A stretch of 63,873 nt of DNA, counting the filler, from Octopus bimaculoides (Eukaryota): the NCBI RefSeq assembly GCF_001194135.2. It is 7 parts of 6 records of this genome, joined end to end, with 100 filler letters (N's around TTAATTAATTAA, not from the genome) between each part and the next. Parts side by side here need not be neighbours in the genome. Positions count along the whole stretch, not along the records: positions 43,138 to 58,953 come from NC_069001.1; positions 59,054 to 61,827 come from NC_069002.1; positions 61,928 to 63,873 come from NC_068989.1; 4 more parts are not named here. One strand, given 5' to 3'. Below the pieces are notes generated by a model. The model worked only from the letters and a program-made list of their open reading frames with translations, did no database searches and was not told the origin of the DNA. Shown piece after piece: positions 49,636 to 63,254 of the stretch (its first letter is position 1; the number at the start of each line of letters is the position of its first letter). Made by a program: the position numbers and the translations under genes.

Positions 49636-51775
49636 ATATATATATATGAGAAAATAAGGTTAGTCCAGTGCACATGCATTCTCATGCGGCCCACGAAAAA
49701 ATTCTTAAATGTAATAACGTAAACATTGTATATTATTCTATTTGATCTTATTTTATTTCATTTTATTTAATTTCATTCCATTTCATTTCCTTGAAAAATT
49801 TGAAGACATTTTCTACGTGGCTATAAATAAAAGTAAGTAACACAATTCCTTCATTTCTTCTAACTAACCTCATTATTGTTACCGATATACAATTTCTGCA
49901 TGCTACGTAAAGCTCTCTATTCCTTATAATCATATACATACACACAAGCACAAAGACACACGGCCCCATGTATATATACATATATACATCAATACACACA
50001 CACAAGCACATACACACACACACACACATATGCACATGCAACAAATATTCACATTCAACCATGAATAAAAGGAGGGGAATTGTGCAAATGTACTTGTTGG
50101 CATCATAGTTTTCCACGACCAAAAAACGACGTGTGTATATCAGTCTAATACACACACACGCACTCACAAACATACACATATATATATATATATATGCACA
50201 CACACAAATACACAAACGTACGCGTGCACACATAGCACACGCACTTTGTGGTTATTGTACGCAATGTATGTAGGTGGACTGAGGAAGCAAACGGTGGATG
50301 GCAGAACGAAAACTTAATTCTTATCTCTAGTTCTATTACAATAATGCAATTTTCTCCTATTTCCTTCCAGTTATTCAAAAGTTCCTCGACAGATCCATCC
50401 GTGCATTCTTCTTTTTCTCCCAAGATTCAATATTCTATTTCGCGAAAGTTTATAGTCTGGAGATCATTTTTCCCGATATCTTTTCTATAATTCAACGAAC
50501 GAAGAGGTGTGGCGACAACGGCAAGACAAAAGCAGACAGATCTTGTTGTTGATTCTGAGCGTCTGCTGACAGCGGTGTGTGTATGTTTGCGTTCGTACGC
50601 GTGTGTGTGGGTGCGTGTATGTGTAAGTGTGTGTGTCTGTGTATGCATGTGTGGGTATGGTTGTTCTTGATGCTGTTGTGTATTTTCTTTTCCCTATTGT
50701 TCAGTTACTGAAATTCTTTNNNNNNNNNNNNNNNNNNNNNNNNNNNNNNNNNNNNNNNNNNNNNNNNNNNNNNNNNNNNNNNNNNNNNNNNNNNNNNNNN
50801 NNNNNNNNNNNNNNNNNNNNNNNNNNNNNNNNNNNNNNNNNNNNNNNNNNNNNNNNNNNNNNNNNNNNNNNNNNNNNNNNNNNNNNNNNNNNNNNNNNNN
50901 NNNNNNNNNNNNNNNNNNNNNNNNNNNNNNNNNNNNNNNNNNNNNNNNNNNNNNNNNNNNNNNNNNNNNNNNNNNNNNNNNNNNNNNNNNNNNNNNNNNN
51001 NNNNNNNNNNNNNNNNNNNNNNNNNNNNNNNNNNNNNNNNNNNNNNNNNNNNNNNNNNNNNNNNNNNNNNNNNNNNNNNNNNNNNNNNNNNNNNNNNNNN
51101 NNNNNNNNNNNNNNNNNNNNNNNNNNNNNNNNNNNNNNNNNNNNNNNNNNNNNNNNNNNNNNNNNNNNNNNNNNNNNNNNNNNNNNNNNNNNNNNNNNNN
51201 NNNNNNNNNNNNNNNNNNNNNNNNNNNNNNNNNNNNNNNNNNNNNNNNNNNNNNNNNNNNNNNNNNNNNNNNNNNNNNNNNNNNNNNNNNNNNNNNNNNN
51301 NNNNNNNNNNNNNNNNNNNNNNNNNNNNNNNNNNNNNNNNNNNNNNNTATATATATATATATACATTAAAAAACGCACATGCATATACATAAGTGTGCAT
51401 ATAAATACGTATGCATGCGTCTGTGTATGTGTGTTAGTGTGAGTGTGTATGTGCATGTGCCTGTATGCGTGTATATAAGTGTGTATACGCTTCTATATAT
51501 GTGTATGTGAAAATCAATAACAGTGTTTCGAAGTCACATCTGACTATTTTTTTTTCCTTCCGTTCTGAAATAATATCTGACGGTTTTGTCACAGACCGTC
51601 GTCTTGTGAATAGACTAAACAAGAAATGTAAAATAGACTTCAGCTACCATTCTGTCATTCTGTCATTAGACGCCTTTTCTAGAACTTACCAAACTGGAAA
51701 TTTCGGCGGAACACTTCTCAAAAGACACTTATACCGAAACACGCAAACTTCTATGTATGTATGTATGTATGCATG

Positions 51776-51838
<63 letters not shown>

Positions 51839-52589
51839 TCAGCTCTCTCTCACGATATATATAACACGGCTCAAAAGGGATGAATCGGATGCTCCAGCGA
51901 AAGAGAGTTTAGAGACATTTCAAGCCGTTGTACCGTAATTTCTCCTCAATTCCTTCCTTGTTCTTATTATTTTGGTTGTTGCTTTTGCTGCTGCTGCTAT
52001 TGTTGTTGTTGTTGTTGCTGTCGCCTCTTTTGTTGTTAATATTGCAGTTGTTGACGGTACTGCTGATGTTGTTGTTGCTGTTGTTGTTAATCTTGTTGTT
52101 GCTTGTTGTACTCGCATCGTCCGTTGCTTTGCTCACGAAAGAGCTCTCATTCTATACATTTTCAAAATTGCTGTTTTTATTTCGAACAATGTTATCAAAA
52201 AACGTGGCAGCTGCTTTTCTAAAAATCTTCTAAGAGATCCTTCTTGAAAAAATTGGCCCTATTGTGCTTTATGTTGTTTTGTCAACAAAAATACAGCTGT
52301 CTGCTGTTTTATTTTTTAACACTAATTCGTCTGCCACACTTGCACTCTCTCATATTGACGTTTGGTGGCGCTTCTCACTCTCTACTCCTCTCTCACATAT
52401 GAGCGTCACCGTGTTTTGTTGTTTTCTCCATGTTGGTGGGGAAAACGCAAACAACTACGATTTTTTTTTAAATTGACCTGCCCCAGCCCCCCACCACCAA
52501 ATGAGAAACACACCAGAAAAATGAAGTCACCTCTCGACAGCAATTAACATGTTGCCCACGATGGTAAAAACTCTAAGGGCGCCAATACA

Positions 52590-52880
52590 CATATAATGTA
52601 TTTTTCTTGATAAAATCCATGGAACGAGGTAAAGCGAATGCGTGGGGTTTCAGAGCTGCTGTACCTTCGTAATCATCATCAGATTCATTCAACTATTTCT
52701 AAATCCTTTGCACTGTCTTCAGATTGTCAACCAAACACTCTGAAATGTTCGTATTGCAGCTTCCAGCGCAAATGAGAAGCATTACAGCACGTCGTTTCCA
52801 AATTTCTGGCAGAGTGAATTGCATCATGGTGCTGTTTCTCTCACATACGGTGCCCAACTGACCCTACAATATAAAAGATG
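52590..52880 (-). mobile_element. Decayed mariner-like transposon 5' end (transposase N-terminal HTH)
   Basis: From the ATG at 52827: MMQFTLPEIWKRRAVMLLICAGSCNTNISECLVDNLKTVQRI*K*LNESDDDYEGTAALKPH. This has an HTH-like R..V..L...G....IS..L....RTVQRI pattern with two in-frame stops. Confidence 0.6.
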
Positions 52881-52967
52881 GAGAGCTCATGCGTGAAATT
52901 AGAAATATAAAATGGCAACAATTTACACATCGCACTCTGTGTATCTATCTATCGATCGATTTATCTT

Positions 52968-53045
<78 letters not shown>

Positions 53046-53800
53046 CATGGACATTTATGTTCACGTATTCTCACTTACGAGTCATAGAGACACGAACACA
53101 AATACAGAAACACACACACACACACACGGAGAAGCACACACACATATGTATAGCTATCCATACATAAATACGGCGGTACGTGTTAATATTCGTAATTGCC
53201 TATCGTAAAATTCTCGGGTTTGTGTCTCCAACTGATTAGATATATTAGCAAAGCTTTAGACTTTCCAACTTCGTTAGTTAAGGAGGTGCTGCAATAAGAA
53301 TTATTTATATATACATATACAATTGGCCAGGGATTTGGTTCACATACTTCACATATTTAAAGTAAAATTTTTAGTGAGTTCGACGACTTCGTTTTTACTG
53401 TTATTAGTGACATTTTCATACTCTTTTACTCTTTGATATATATATATATANNNNNNNNNNNNNNNNNNNNNNNNNNNNNNNNNNNNNNNNNNNNNNNNNN
53501 NNNNNNNNNNNNNNNNNNNNNNNNNNNNNNNNNNNNNNNNNNNNNNNNNNNNNNNNNNNNNNNNNNNNNNNNNNNNNNNNNNNNNNNNNNNNNNNNNNNN
53601 NNNNNNNNNNNNNNNNNNNNNNNNNNNNNNNNNNNNNNNNNNNNNNNNNNNNNNNNNNNNNNNNNNNNNNNNNNNNNNNNNNNNNNNNNNNNNNNNNNNN
53701 NNNNNNNNNNNNNNNNNNNNNNNNNNNNNNNNNNNNNNNNNNNNNNNNNNNNNNNNNNNNNNNNNNNNNNNNNNNNNNNNNNNNNNNNNNNNNNNNNNNN

Positions 53801-53925
53801 GTTTCCGTCTACCAAATCAATTCACAAGGCTTTGGTTGGTCCGAGGCTATAGTAGAAGACACTTGCCCAAGGTGCCACGCACTGGGACTGAACCCAGAAC
53901 CACGTGTTTGGGAAGCATGCTACCT
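53801..53925 (-). mobile_element. 5' half of family-B SINE
   Basis: gtttccgtctaccaaatc...ggctatagtagaagacacttgcccaaggtgccacgc.actgggactgaaccc. Confidence 0.85.
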
Positions 53926-53954
53926 ACCATAGATATATATACACAGCACTCCAG

Positions 53955-54015
<61 letters not shown>

Positions 54016-54399
54016 GAAGCTTTGCAAAGGCAATTATAATAATAATAATAACAACAACAACAACAACAAAATATATGAATTTCACACACACAAACATATA
54101 TATACATTTAGTATTTACTTTTATATTAGTACATGACAAACACTCATACACACACACACACGTCAGCCTCAGACATTTACACACGTCCATACGCACACAC
54201 ACATACACACCAACGCATGAAGCGCACATTACTTCACATAATGTACGCACTAGATTACTTATACACATACACACACACAGGTCCACATATTTTTGAGCTC
54301 CCCCATACATACTGACGCAATCGCCCCTCCACACCATCATACCTACACTCTCACGCACACCATCCTCACGTACACATGCGCACTTCCACACCTTAGATT

Positions 54400-54665
54400 C
54401 GTTCGGTGCACCGTTATTATCTCGCCTTCATTTATCCTTTTTCTTCCGGCAATTTCATCACGTGGAACCCGTTAAACTGTACACACTTTTTTTGTCTCTT
54501 TCCATTTTTTCCATTCGCTTTCCGCTTTTTCTCTTAATCCTTTCTGTGGTAGAGCGTAAGTTCGAAACGTCAAATACTTTTCCATTCTTCCCGAGTAAAC
54601 TAATACAACTGCTTGCTGTTCCTTCCATCTGTCCTCACCTTTGTTTTCTGCAAATTTGAACTATG
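54400..54665 (+). mobile_element. Diverged copy of the PLE terminal repeat
   Basis: Aligns with 7140-7395 (ttattatctc.ccttc ... cctttctgtgg.agagcgta.gttcgaaacgt.aaa.act ... aaactaataca). Preceded by a CA-rich tract, as at 6570-7130. Confidence 0.72.
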
Positions 54666-55289
54666 CACGCACACACTCACATACATTCATATATTCATGC
54701 ATACATCTATACATACATACATAAAAACAGATACGATTTCCGTAGCCACACATAGAAATACACACACACACATACACGTACACATGTACGTGTGCAAACG
54801 TTTCTCTATATACATGTGTGAGTGTGCGTCTGTGTCAATACGTCTATTTTCATATGTATGTATTTTCATATGTATGTATTTGTCATAAAGCGAGCGATAT
54901 CGAGAGAATGATAGAGAAGTAATTACGAGAGAACCTGATGCAAATATGACATCCTCAAATTCATCACGTCTTAAGAACTAGAATCGTTGCGATAAATTGA
55001 GAATATAAACTTCCTTATTATTACGAATATTGTCATTATTAATACCGCTGGCACAATACCAAGTGCGGAAGATGTTATCAATCGCTAAGTATGACGACTA
55101 TAGCGACGACAAAGACGTTAATGATAATAATGAAACGATAATTTTCATACCCATAATAACAGCCTCCTTTTCAGCTTTTCTAGCTTGGAAATGCAAAGAT
55201 ATATAATTATGGTAATGGTAGATATTTTGTACGACATATTATCAAGTTTGTCACGTGGCATCTTAATTGCTTCGAATTTAGTTACCAGG

Positions 55290-55720
55290 CCAGCAATTTT
55301 GATGACAAGATCTTAGTCGGTACCAATACTTCTAGTATTTGACCGGTACTTGATGTAATTGACACTGGAATGGTACACGGCATTGTTGACTTTGGCATGA
55401 TTTGAAATCGTCGTAGATTTTCGAACGGGGTTGAAACGAGCATCACAAAGTATATCTCCGGCGCATCACTAAATCTAAATCTATCAGCTCGCTCCTTGTT
55501 ATATTTGAATAATAATTCTTTGTCAATTTCGTTCAAGGCAAGAAAGCTGAGGTGATATTGCATGTCGATCACATCGACCCTGGTACTTGAGCGTTGCTTA
55601 TTTTATCGAATCTGAAAGGATGAAAGGAAAACTTTGACATTAACAATTGATTTCAAATCAGAACTGAAGAATCTGATTAGAAAAAATTCCACAAGCATTT
55701 TTGCAGAATGCAAACGATAA
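55290..55720 (-). mobile_element. Two highly decayed family-A SINEs in tandem
   Basis: gttgactttggcatgatttgaaatc...cagctcgctcctt and tcgatcacatcgaccctggtac...gaaaggatgaaaggaaaact match the reverse complement of family A. Confidence 0.6.
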
Positions 55721-55740
55721 TGCTACACATCTTTCGTATC

Positions 55741-55790
<50 letters not shown>

Positions 55791-56118
55791 TAAATATATA
55801 AACATTAATTAATAGCTGGTATCGAACACTGTACATACTGGCTATGAAGTAAATAAAATTTTTATTTCTATTGGAGCCGTAGTCAAATCTCACCGTGGTC
55901 TATAATACCATTGATCACAATAGAATGTGTGCATACATACATAGATACATACATATATAAATACATACATACATACATACATGCATTCATATGTGTGTAT
56001 GTGTGTGCGTGTGTATGTAGGCTCGAAACGTTAAGGACTTCTATATTTCCTGGCCGTAAAGCTCATGTACACTCATTGAATTTTTAACAACACAGACGCT
56101 CGCACGCAGGCATGCGCA

Positions 56119-56173
<55 letters not shown>

Positions 56174-57516
56174 GTGTGTGTGTGTATCAATAACCATGAG
56201 ATCCGATAATCTTTCGGAGTGTACTAAGTAATCCCGGATGTGACACAAGCCATGCAGAAAGGAAGTTGTTGGATGGTTGTTGATATAATGTTGAGCCACA
56301 CTTTCACATTGGAATGTTTCTAATTTACCTGACCAAACTCCTACGAACTGGCTACTTCCGCTAATTAATATATTCCGGCTAAAGTCCCTGTAGTATGTCT
56401 TCCCTGTAGTGATCTACGGATATCGACTACCGAATACTGCCATTACGTAGCACTTCTATACGAGAATATGTTGGCCGATACCCATTTATGTTGAGGATGC
56501 TTTCTTCATTTTAACACATTAGACTCGGAGGTCGTATAACGAGTCACGAGCATTGTCTTTCGTCCATATTAGGAGGCAAAAAAGATGAGAAATATCAATT
56601 TCTGATGCACCACTGTGATCATTTACTCTCTGTGGGATCATATACCAATCCCAAAATCTTCTTATCTCCTACTAATATGAATAAAATATTTTCATTTGTC
56701 GACATCATATTATCTGTGCATGCAAGGGCAAATGTGTGTCTTCGTGTATGCATGGGTTCGTGCGCGTGGGCGTCTGTGGCTACGTATGGCCGTGCGTGTG
56801 TACGCCTGTGCGCGTGTATGTGTTTGAGAGTGAGTGTATTTTGGGGTATATTTGCTTTTGCACGTATGTGCATATATGAGGGTGCGTGCGACAATGTGTA
56901 TGAGCATATTTTTGCATTTGTGCGTGCGACAATGTGTATGAGCATATTTTTGCATTTGTGCGTGCATGCATGTCTCCGTGCATCCTTGCGCATGCGTTTG
57001 TGTCTCTGAGTGTGAATTTTGTAACTCTTCTTATTGCTAAAAGCGTTTCTATACCGGGTTCCTCTTGTATTAAACTCAACAAAAATATCTCCTTCTTCAT
57101 ACAAAACATGCTTGACACGTTTCTATTTTCATGTTTCCTGTTTTCTATGGCTTTGTTCGTTTCAGTTTTACCATAAGAAGGCGTTGCTTCCATCTATAGT
57201 CGCCATTTTGTGTTAAATATGAAAGAAAAACAAACGTTAGACGAAAAGTGTTCGACGATACATTTTTTTTTTTTTCAATAAACAGGAACAAAATAAATGT
57301 TATTAAAAGCAGACACTCATTTCTCTTTGCGAGAAGTCCACGTGACATGACAAATTGTTGGAAAATTCTACAAAACGTAACATCAAAATAGTGAAGCGAT
57401 AGATAAAATATCGTAGTAGCCAAAAACCAGCAACAAACATAAAAAGAAGGAAAAAAGAACATCAACAACAACAACAACAATAACAACAAAAAGAATAGTA
57501 ATAATGTTGATGACGT

Positions 57517-57569
<53 letters not shown>

Positions 57570-57575
57570 TTGATG

Positions 57576-57630
<55 letters not shown>

Positions 57631-57644
57631 TAATAATAAAGGCA

Positions 57645-57827
57645 CAAAGACTTAAATTTTGGAGGAGAGGTCTAGTTGATTGCATCGTCCCCCTGTAAAT
57701 TCACTGGTGATACTTTTTACCGATTCCGGAGGGATGAAAGGTAAAGACATCGTTGGGATTTGAACTCAGAATGTAGCGACGGGCGTTTCGTCCAGTGTGC
57801 TCATGATTGTGCCAGCTAGCCGCCTTA
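57645..57827 (-). mobile_element. Family-A SINE flanked by (AAT)n/(AAC)n
   Basis: gggatgaaaggtaaagac...ggatttgaactcagaatgtagcgacg...gccagctagccgcctta. Confidence 0.78.
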
Positions 57828-58018
57828 ATAACAACAACAACAACAACAACAAACCTTTCTACTGTAGGTACAAGCCAAATTTTTGTTTATGCGTGTAGTG
57901 GGGCACGGGGACTGGTTGGCGACATCTTAATAATAAACAAAAGGACAACGACAACACTAGCAATAGAGATGACAAGAGAAAAATAAATTGCGATAATTTT
58001 AAGAATAATAATAACGAT

Positions 58019-58055
<37 letters not shown>

Positions 58056-59053
58056 ATAATAATAATAATAATAATAATGATAATAATAATAATGATAACA
58101 GAACATCAATTAGAAAAAAAATTGCAGTTATTTTTTTCAGTTTGCATTGTAAGTCCTTATCTACTTTTCATATTAATTATGATATAGACGTACCTGACAA
58201 AAGTCTCAATATGAACATACACTCACAGACACACATACACTCACAGACACACATAATCTCACCCAGAAATACACGCAGACAAGCACACACATACGCACGT
58301 TGATATACACAGACATACAGAAGTCTACATATGCTAACGTCTTTGTTCATTCGAAGCTAATGCTTTGTACTATTATCATACGAGAGTTTCCTCATTGGAA
58401 GCTCTTCAAGTGTGTACTGTTAACATTGTATTAATAAAGTCACACAAGCAAGGACCGTGATATCATTGTCTGAAAAGCAGAGTCGATTGCAATGCTAGAT
58501 AACACGTGACAGAATGATATTATTGGTTTTTTATTCTTGACTGTGTTTCATAGCATCGTCATTGTTCATAGAAATAATAAACCTGAATAATAATAAAAAA
58601 AAAAAGATGAATGCGATAACAGGCATAAACGTGTAGTTAAGAAGCTAGCTTTGCAACCTTGTTCTTTCGGTTTCAGTCCCATTACAGGGCATTTTCAACG
58701 ACTGACTTCTACTGTGCCCTGGACCATAGAGTATACCGTGAGCGAATGTGAGAGAGAAAAGCTATGTGGAAGCCAGTCGTATACATACATATATATATAA
58801 TTCAAAAATAGGATAAAAATTTATAAGAATTTATCAAGTAGTTAACGTGAAAAGCCTCATAAGGGTAAAATTTATTAATTATTCCCTTTAAATATATTTA
58901 TTTATATTAAGAGCATTCATGCATAGTAGTGCCCTTAATATATATATATATATNNNNNNNNNNNNNNNNNNNNNNNNNNNNNNNNNNNNNNNNNNNNTTA
59001 ATTAATTAANNNNNNNNNNNNNNNNNNNNNNNNNNNNNNNNNNNNNNNNNNNN

Positions 59054-59119
59054 AAGTTATCCCTCTCATCTCGATCTGCAGCACGTTCGTGCTGCAGATC
59101 GAGGTGAGAGGGATAACTT
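59054..59119. repeat. 66-nt near-perfect inverted repeat at a scaffold edge
   Basis: 32-bp arms with one T/G mismatch around a TT loop; starts exactly at the gap boundary. Confidence 0.9.
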
Positions 59120-59245
59120 CCCTTGGCAAACAGGACACAGTCGTGTGTCGATAAGCCAGCTGGAGGAGATGTCCTCCTGGGGCTAAAAGCAACAGTAACA
59201 TCCACCCCTAGGGGTCAGCCACACTTAAGTGGCAATATACTACAC
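59120..59245 (+). repeat. Unclassified repeat 3' end with stem-loops, ending in (TA)n (copy B)
   Basis: Homologous to 1706-1800. Confidence 0.6.
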
Positions 59246-59415
59246 TATATATATATATATATATATATATACATACACATATATGTGCGTGTGTGACTGT
59301 GCGCATATGTATGTGTGTATTAATCAATGTGTACAGTAATATACAGTGTTGTTTAATATGTTTTGCTGTTTTTTTTTCAGATATATTCAGAAAAACGTAA
59401 TTAAAATTTATTAAA

Positions 59416-59570
59416 AAGACAGATCTATCGGACTTTCAAAAAGTCAAATTGTTGGTACCCGTATGGCAGGCGCTAGCGTAACGAATACAGCCGAAATATT
59501 TGGTGTATCAAGAAATACTGTCTCGAAAGTAATGACATCCTTTGAGAAAGAGGGCAAACCCTCCTTACAC
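59416..59570 (+). mobile_element. Decayed Tc1 transposase N-terminus
   Basis: TDLSDFQK / (frameshift) IVGTRMAGASVTNTAEIFGVSRNTVSKVMTSFEKEGK matches the Tc1 paired-like HTH (LS.F.RGQIVG....G.S....A..FGVSR.TVS). Confidence 0.85.
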
Positions 59571-60990
59571 ACCCACGCAGGTTTGTGAAAATGTTAAGCC
59601 CGAGCTATTTTTTAACAGCGGCAAGGAAATCGTGAGCAAACAAGTGGGAAATTTGCATGTCACTACACAATATATTGTGAAGTTATCAAACGATATTTGT
59701 GACAAGAAAGAAAATCTAAAAGATAGAAAGTCTTTGTAATCCCTAGAGTTCATTAAATGAAATGGATAGATATATAATAAAGAAATAGAAGGGGATCTAA
59801 ACTAACTGAATCTTAATCTGACAAGAAATTTTTACAAGTTGAAAGATTACACACCATTAACACAGTAAATCCAGAGGTTCAAATTTTTGTTCCTGATTAA
59901 ATATTTTTGTTATTTTTTCGTATTATTTAAAATTTGCAATTTAAGCCAGGCCGTGACCAATTTCAGTAAATAACCTGTCCCCAGGAGTCATGTAATCTAG
60001 AGTTCAACCAACTCATGTTCAAGTGATTTGACTAAAAAATGATTTGTGTTACGTAAAGCGTGTGGGCGAGCAGCAGGATTAAAATAAGTCAGTAAATCCC
60101 ACTAATGTTAGAGGAGATTGGCAGAAGAAGCTTTTCCAGTAAAAGGTATGAATGGAAGATACACCATTACCTAATTCTCTATTAAACCGGTTGTACCTTA
60201 TGTTATCCAGAGAGAGCGGGAGCGTGAAAGGTGCCGCACGTGTGTGACTATACAGCAGAAACGTAATCGGAACAACTTCACATCTTTGGTATTGAATAAC
60301 AATAGAGCTTATGAGGTTTTGGTGTTGAGTATAAGATGAGTATTATGGCAGAATCACCACACATGTAAATACGCTTTAACAGGGAGCTTCCGAGATATGG
60401 ACATATTCTACAGGAAATCTATGCATCAGCGATATCGCAATTATACAATTGCTTATTGATTGTAAACATATGGTAGGAAGCTGAGAGGATGATAATATAA
60501 ATCCGAAACAAGCCATGCAGTTGAGAAAATGGAAAATCTGCATAAGATATAAATATAAACAAAAAACAATTAACAAAATAAATGCACGTGCGTGTAGGAG
60601 TTGGCAAAAATGAACAAAATTGTTTAAAATAACTGATACGTAAAAAAAAGTATGCAAAATAATATCGTGGTGTGACAGAATGAGCAGAATGAGGAGAATA
60701 TACGCAAGGATGTTTGTGGTAGAAAATTATTGGGAAGAGAGATATGGAGAAATTGGCAATGAGAGCGAAGGAGAGACAAAAGAATCATTCAAATATAAAC
60801 ATGCACACGTAAAGCATTTCCTTGGTGAGGAATGGAAAACGTTTTAAAAAATGTTGATGAGTCTGAGTGTACATATGATTAAGAAAGTTATATGCATGTG
60901 GTTGTGTGGGGTGTGACTTGGCATTGCTCTGGCGTTACTCACGATCCTTTATACAATATATTCTGCACAATGCTTCATAGTAATTATTCG

Positions 60991-61031
<41 letters not shown>

Positions 61032-61043
61032 CGTGTATGCATA

Positions 61044-61082
<39 letters not shown>

Positions 61083-61466
61083 CTATAATAATATGCAGAA
61101 TAATAATAAAGGGTCAGCTAATTGCCTCACCACGTACTGAATTAGAAATAGACGCTAATGACTTTTCACCTATCATAAGATCTCCGTGAAAAATAACACA
61201 CTTTTGAATGTAGACAAAAGGAAAAATGATGAATCAATACGACGGCGGTTAATTACAGACGCGTTTCGAACATAATTACCTGTTGTTCCTTTCAGTGTAA
61301 TAATCCAAATATAAATTTGCAAGTATTGGAATAAATATGCTCACGACCAATCGTCATCGCGTGACTAATATTTGACCACACTTCCAAAGATATACAGTCG
61401 AGTGTGATTCATATTTATCCTTTATACACACGTGTCCGTATATATATACATATATAATAATAATGC

Positions 61467-61503
<37 letters not shown>

Positions 61504-61507
<4 letters not shown>

Positions 61508-61827
61508 TGTATAAAATAGCTCCTACTCTGCGAAACTTTTTATCTGTAAGTATGAGATCATGGAGAACCACACTGACGTTGAACAATGACAGTGAATCTC
61601 TAAATGCTGGAGATGTAAGGATTTCATGTGACATTTTCCAGGGTGACTCACTATCACCACTCCTCTTCTGTCTAGTCGTAATACCGCTCTCAAATTTGCT
61701 CAATGATGCACAGTATGGTTATAAATTATTTGGTAAAAATATAAATCATCTCATTTACATGGATGATTTAAAGCTCTTTGCAAAAAATGACCAACAACTC
61801 AAAGGCCTACTAGAGATTGTTAAACAA
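61504..61827 (+). mobile_element. 5'-truncated R4/Dong-like non-LTR retrotransposon RT, immediately downstream of (TAA)n
   Basis: Uninterrupted frame: SMRSWRTTLTL...VRISCDIFQGDSLSPLLFCLVVIPLSNLLN...YGYKL...INHLIYMDDLKLFAKNDQQLKGLL. IFQGDSLSPL.FCL...PLS and NHL.YMDDLKL are typical of R4-clade RTs. Cut by a scaffold join. Confidence 0.85.
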
Positions 61828-62111
61828 NNNNNNNNNNNNNNNNNNNNNNNNNNNNNNNNNNNNNNNNNNNNTTAATTAATTAANNNNNNNNNNNNNNNNN
61901 NNNNNNNNNNNNNNNNNNNNNNNNNNNCGTTAAAATACAGTATATGTATTTTAGCCGTATTTTAAAATACATATACGGTTATTTTAAAATAACCGTAAAC
62001 TATTTTGGTTTTGTAAGGGATTATAATACTAACCATGTATAAGAAACTCTTATATTTTTTAACGTAATCTTTGACAAAAAAAAAAGGGTTCCTTATACAC
62101 GTTAAAATATA

Positions 62112-62305
62112 GGGGTCATTTCCATCTCAGGCACAGATTTTTAAATTTAACACGAAATAACTTCTAAAATACAAAACTTTGTCAAAAACGTTAAGAGTAA
62201 ACCCTGTTCTACGTGACACATTCAACCAGTATCCGAAGTTTCAAAGTGTTCAGTTAAAAAATATATATATAATTAAAAAATCTGTGTTTGAGATGGAACG
62301 AATCC
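62112..62305. mobile_element. ~190-bp MITE
   Basis: TIRs ttccatctcaggcacagattttt (from 62120) and aaaaatctgtgtttgagatggaa (to 62298), 23 bp with 2 mismatches. Confidence 0.75.
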
Positions 62306-63254
62306 AAATACGAATACGGTAATTTCTGAAGAAAGTACAGTTCTCAGAATAAGAAAGGAGAAAGTTAATGAGAAGACTACAGATAGAAGCCACCAATGGA
62401 ACTGTTAAAATATATAAAACTTTCCAAAAAGTTTAACATTTACTATATTCTCTCTATTTCTCGCTGTGTAGTGGTTTATTTTTTCAGTGAAACTTAAGTA
62501 ACATGTTTGTCTATCTTAAGTACTATATAAAAATCACATCTAACTCTGTCAAAGGTATTGAGTTCTCTCTGCCTCGTTGAATGTTAACTCAGTAAGATAT
62601 ATATATAAATATATGTGTGTGTGTGGTGCGTTGTAGTGTGTGTACGCGTTTGTATGCGTATGTATCTATGTATAAGTATATATACGTGTATATATATTTA
62701 CACACATAAACACACACACATACATGTAGTGAGGGAGAAAGAAGAAGGTAACGGTGAGAGAGAGAAAGAGAGAGAGAGAGGGGGGGAGGGAGCTGAAATA
62801 AGCATTTGTACAGTATAATGTATGTGAGAGGAAACACGGTTGGTTTTATTTTACATGATGAGGTTGCAAGGGAGTTGGATTTGAAGCAAGGTGGTTGGGC
62901 GGTGGCCATATAGGTTGGTGCTGTTGTTGTTGTTGACGGTGGTGGTGGTGGTCATGGCAGTTGTAGTTGTAGTGGTGGTAGAGGTAGGGGCGGTGGTGGT
63001 TATATACAGTAACTTGAGCTTGATGTGTTTATTCTCTTTTCCTATGTGCTCCGTCTGTGTATGTGTGTGTGTGTGTGTGTGTGTTTGGTGTATGTATAAT
63101 TGTCTATGATGCTATATAGTGTGTGTGTGTGTGTGCATACATGTGTATACACACACATCAAATAAAGCACACACAATACACAAACACACTCACACACATA
63201 TACACACACCATTATTACAAAGTAGTATGTATAAGATACGTGGAGCCTTTGTTG

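Noticed and set aside
50371-50575. Strong plus-strand acceptor followed by a ~60-codon frame
   Set aside because: No recognisable protein and no good donor; cannot be supported without transcripts.
55282-55572. 96-aa ORF (MIDMQYHLSFL...)
   Set aside because: It lies over decayed family-A SINE copies.
56190-56430. ~75-codon minus-strand frame (…DFSRNILISGSSQFVGVWSGKLETF…)
   Set aside because: No recognisable family, it runs into a microsatellite, and no clear donor site is present.
56882-56965. 38-bp tandem duplication
   Set aside because: An ordinary slippage duplication within GT-rich low-complexity sequence.
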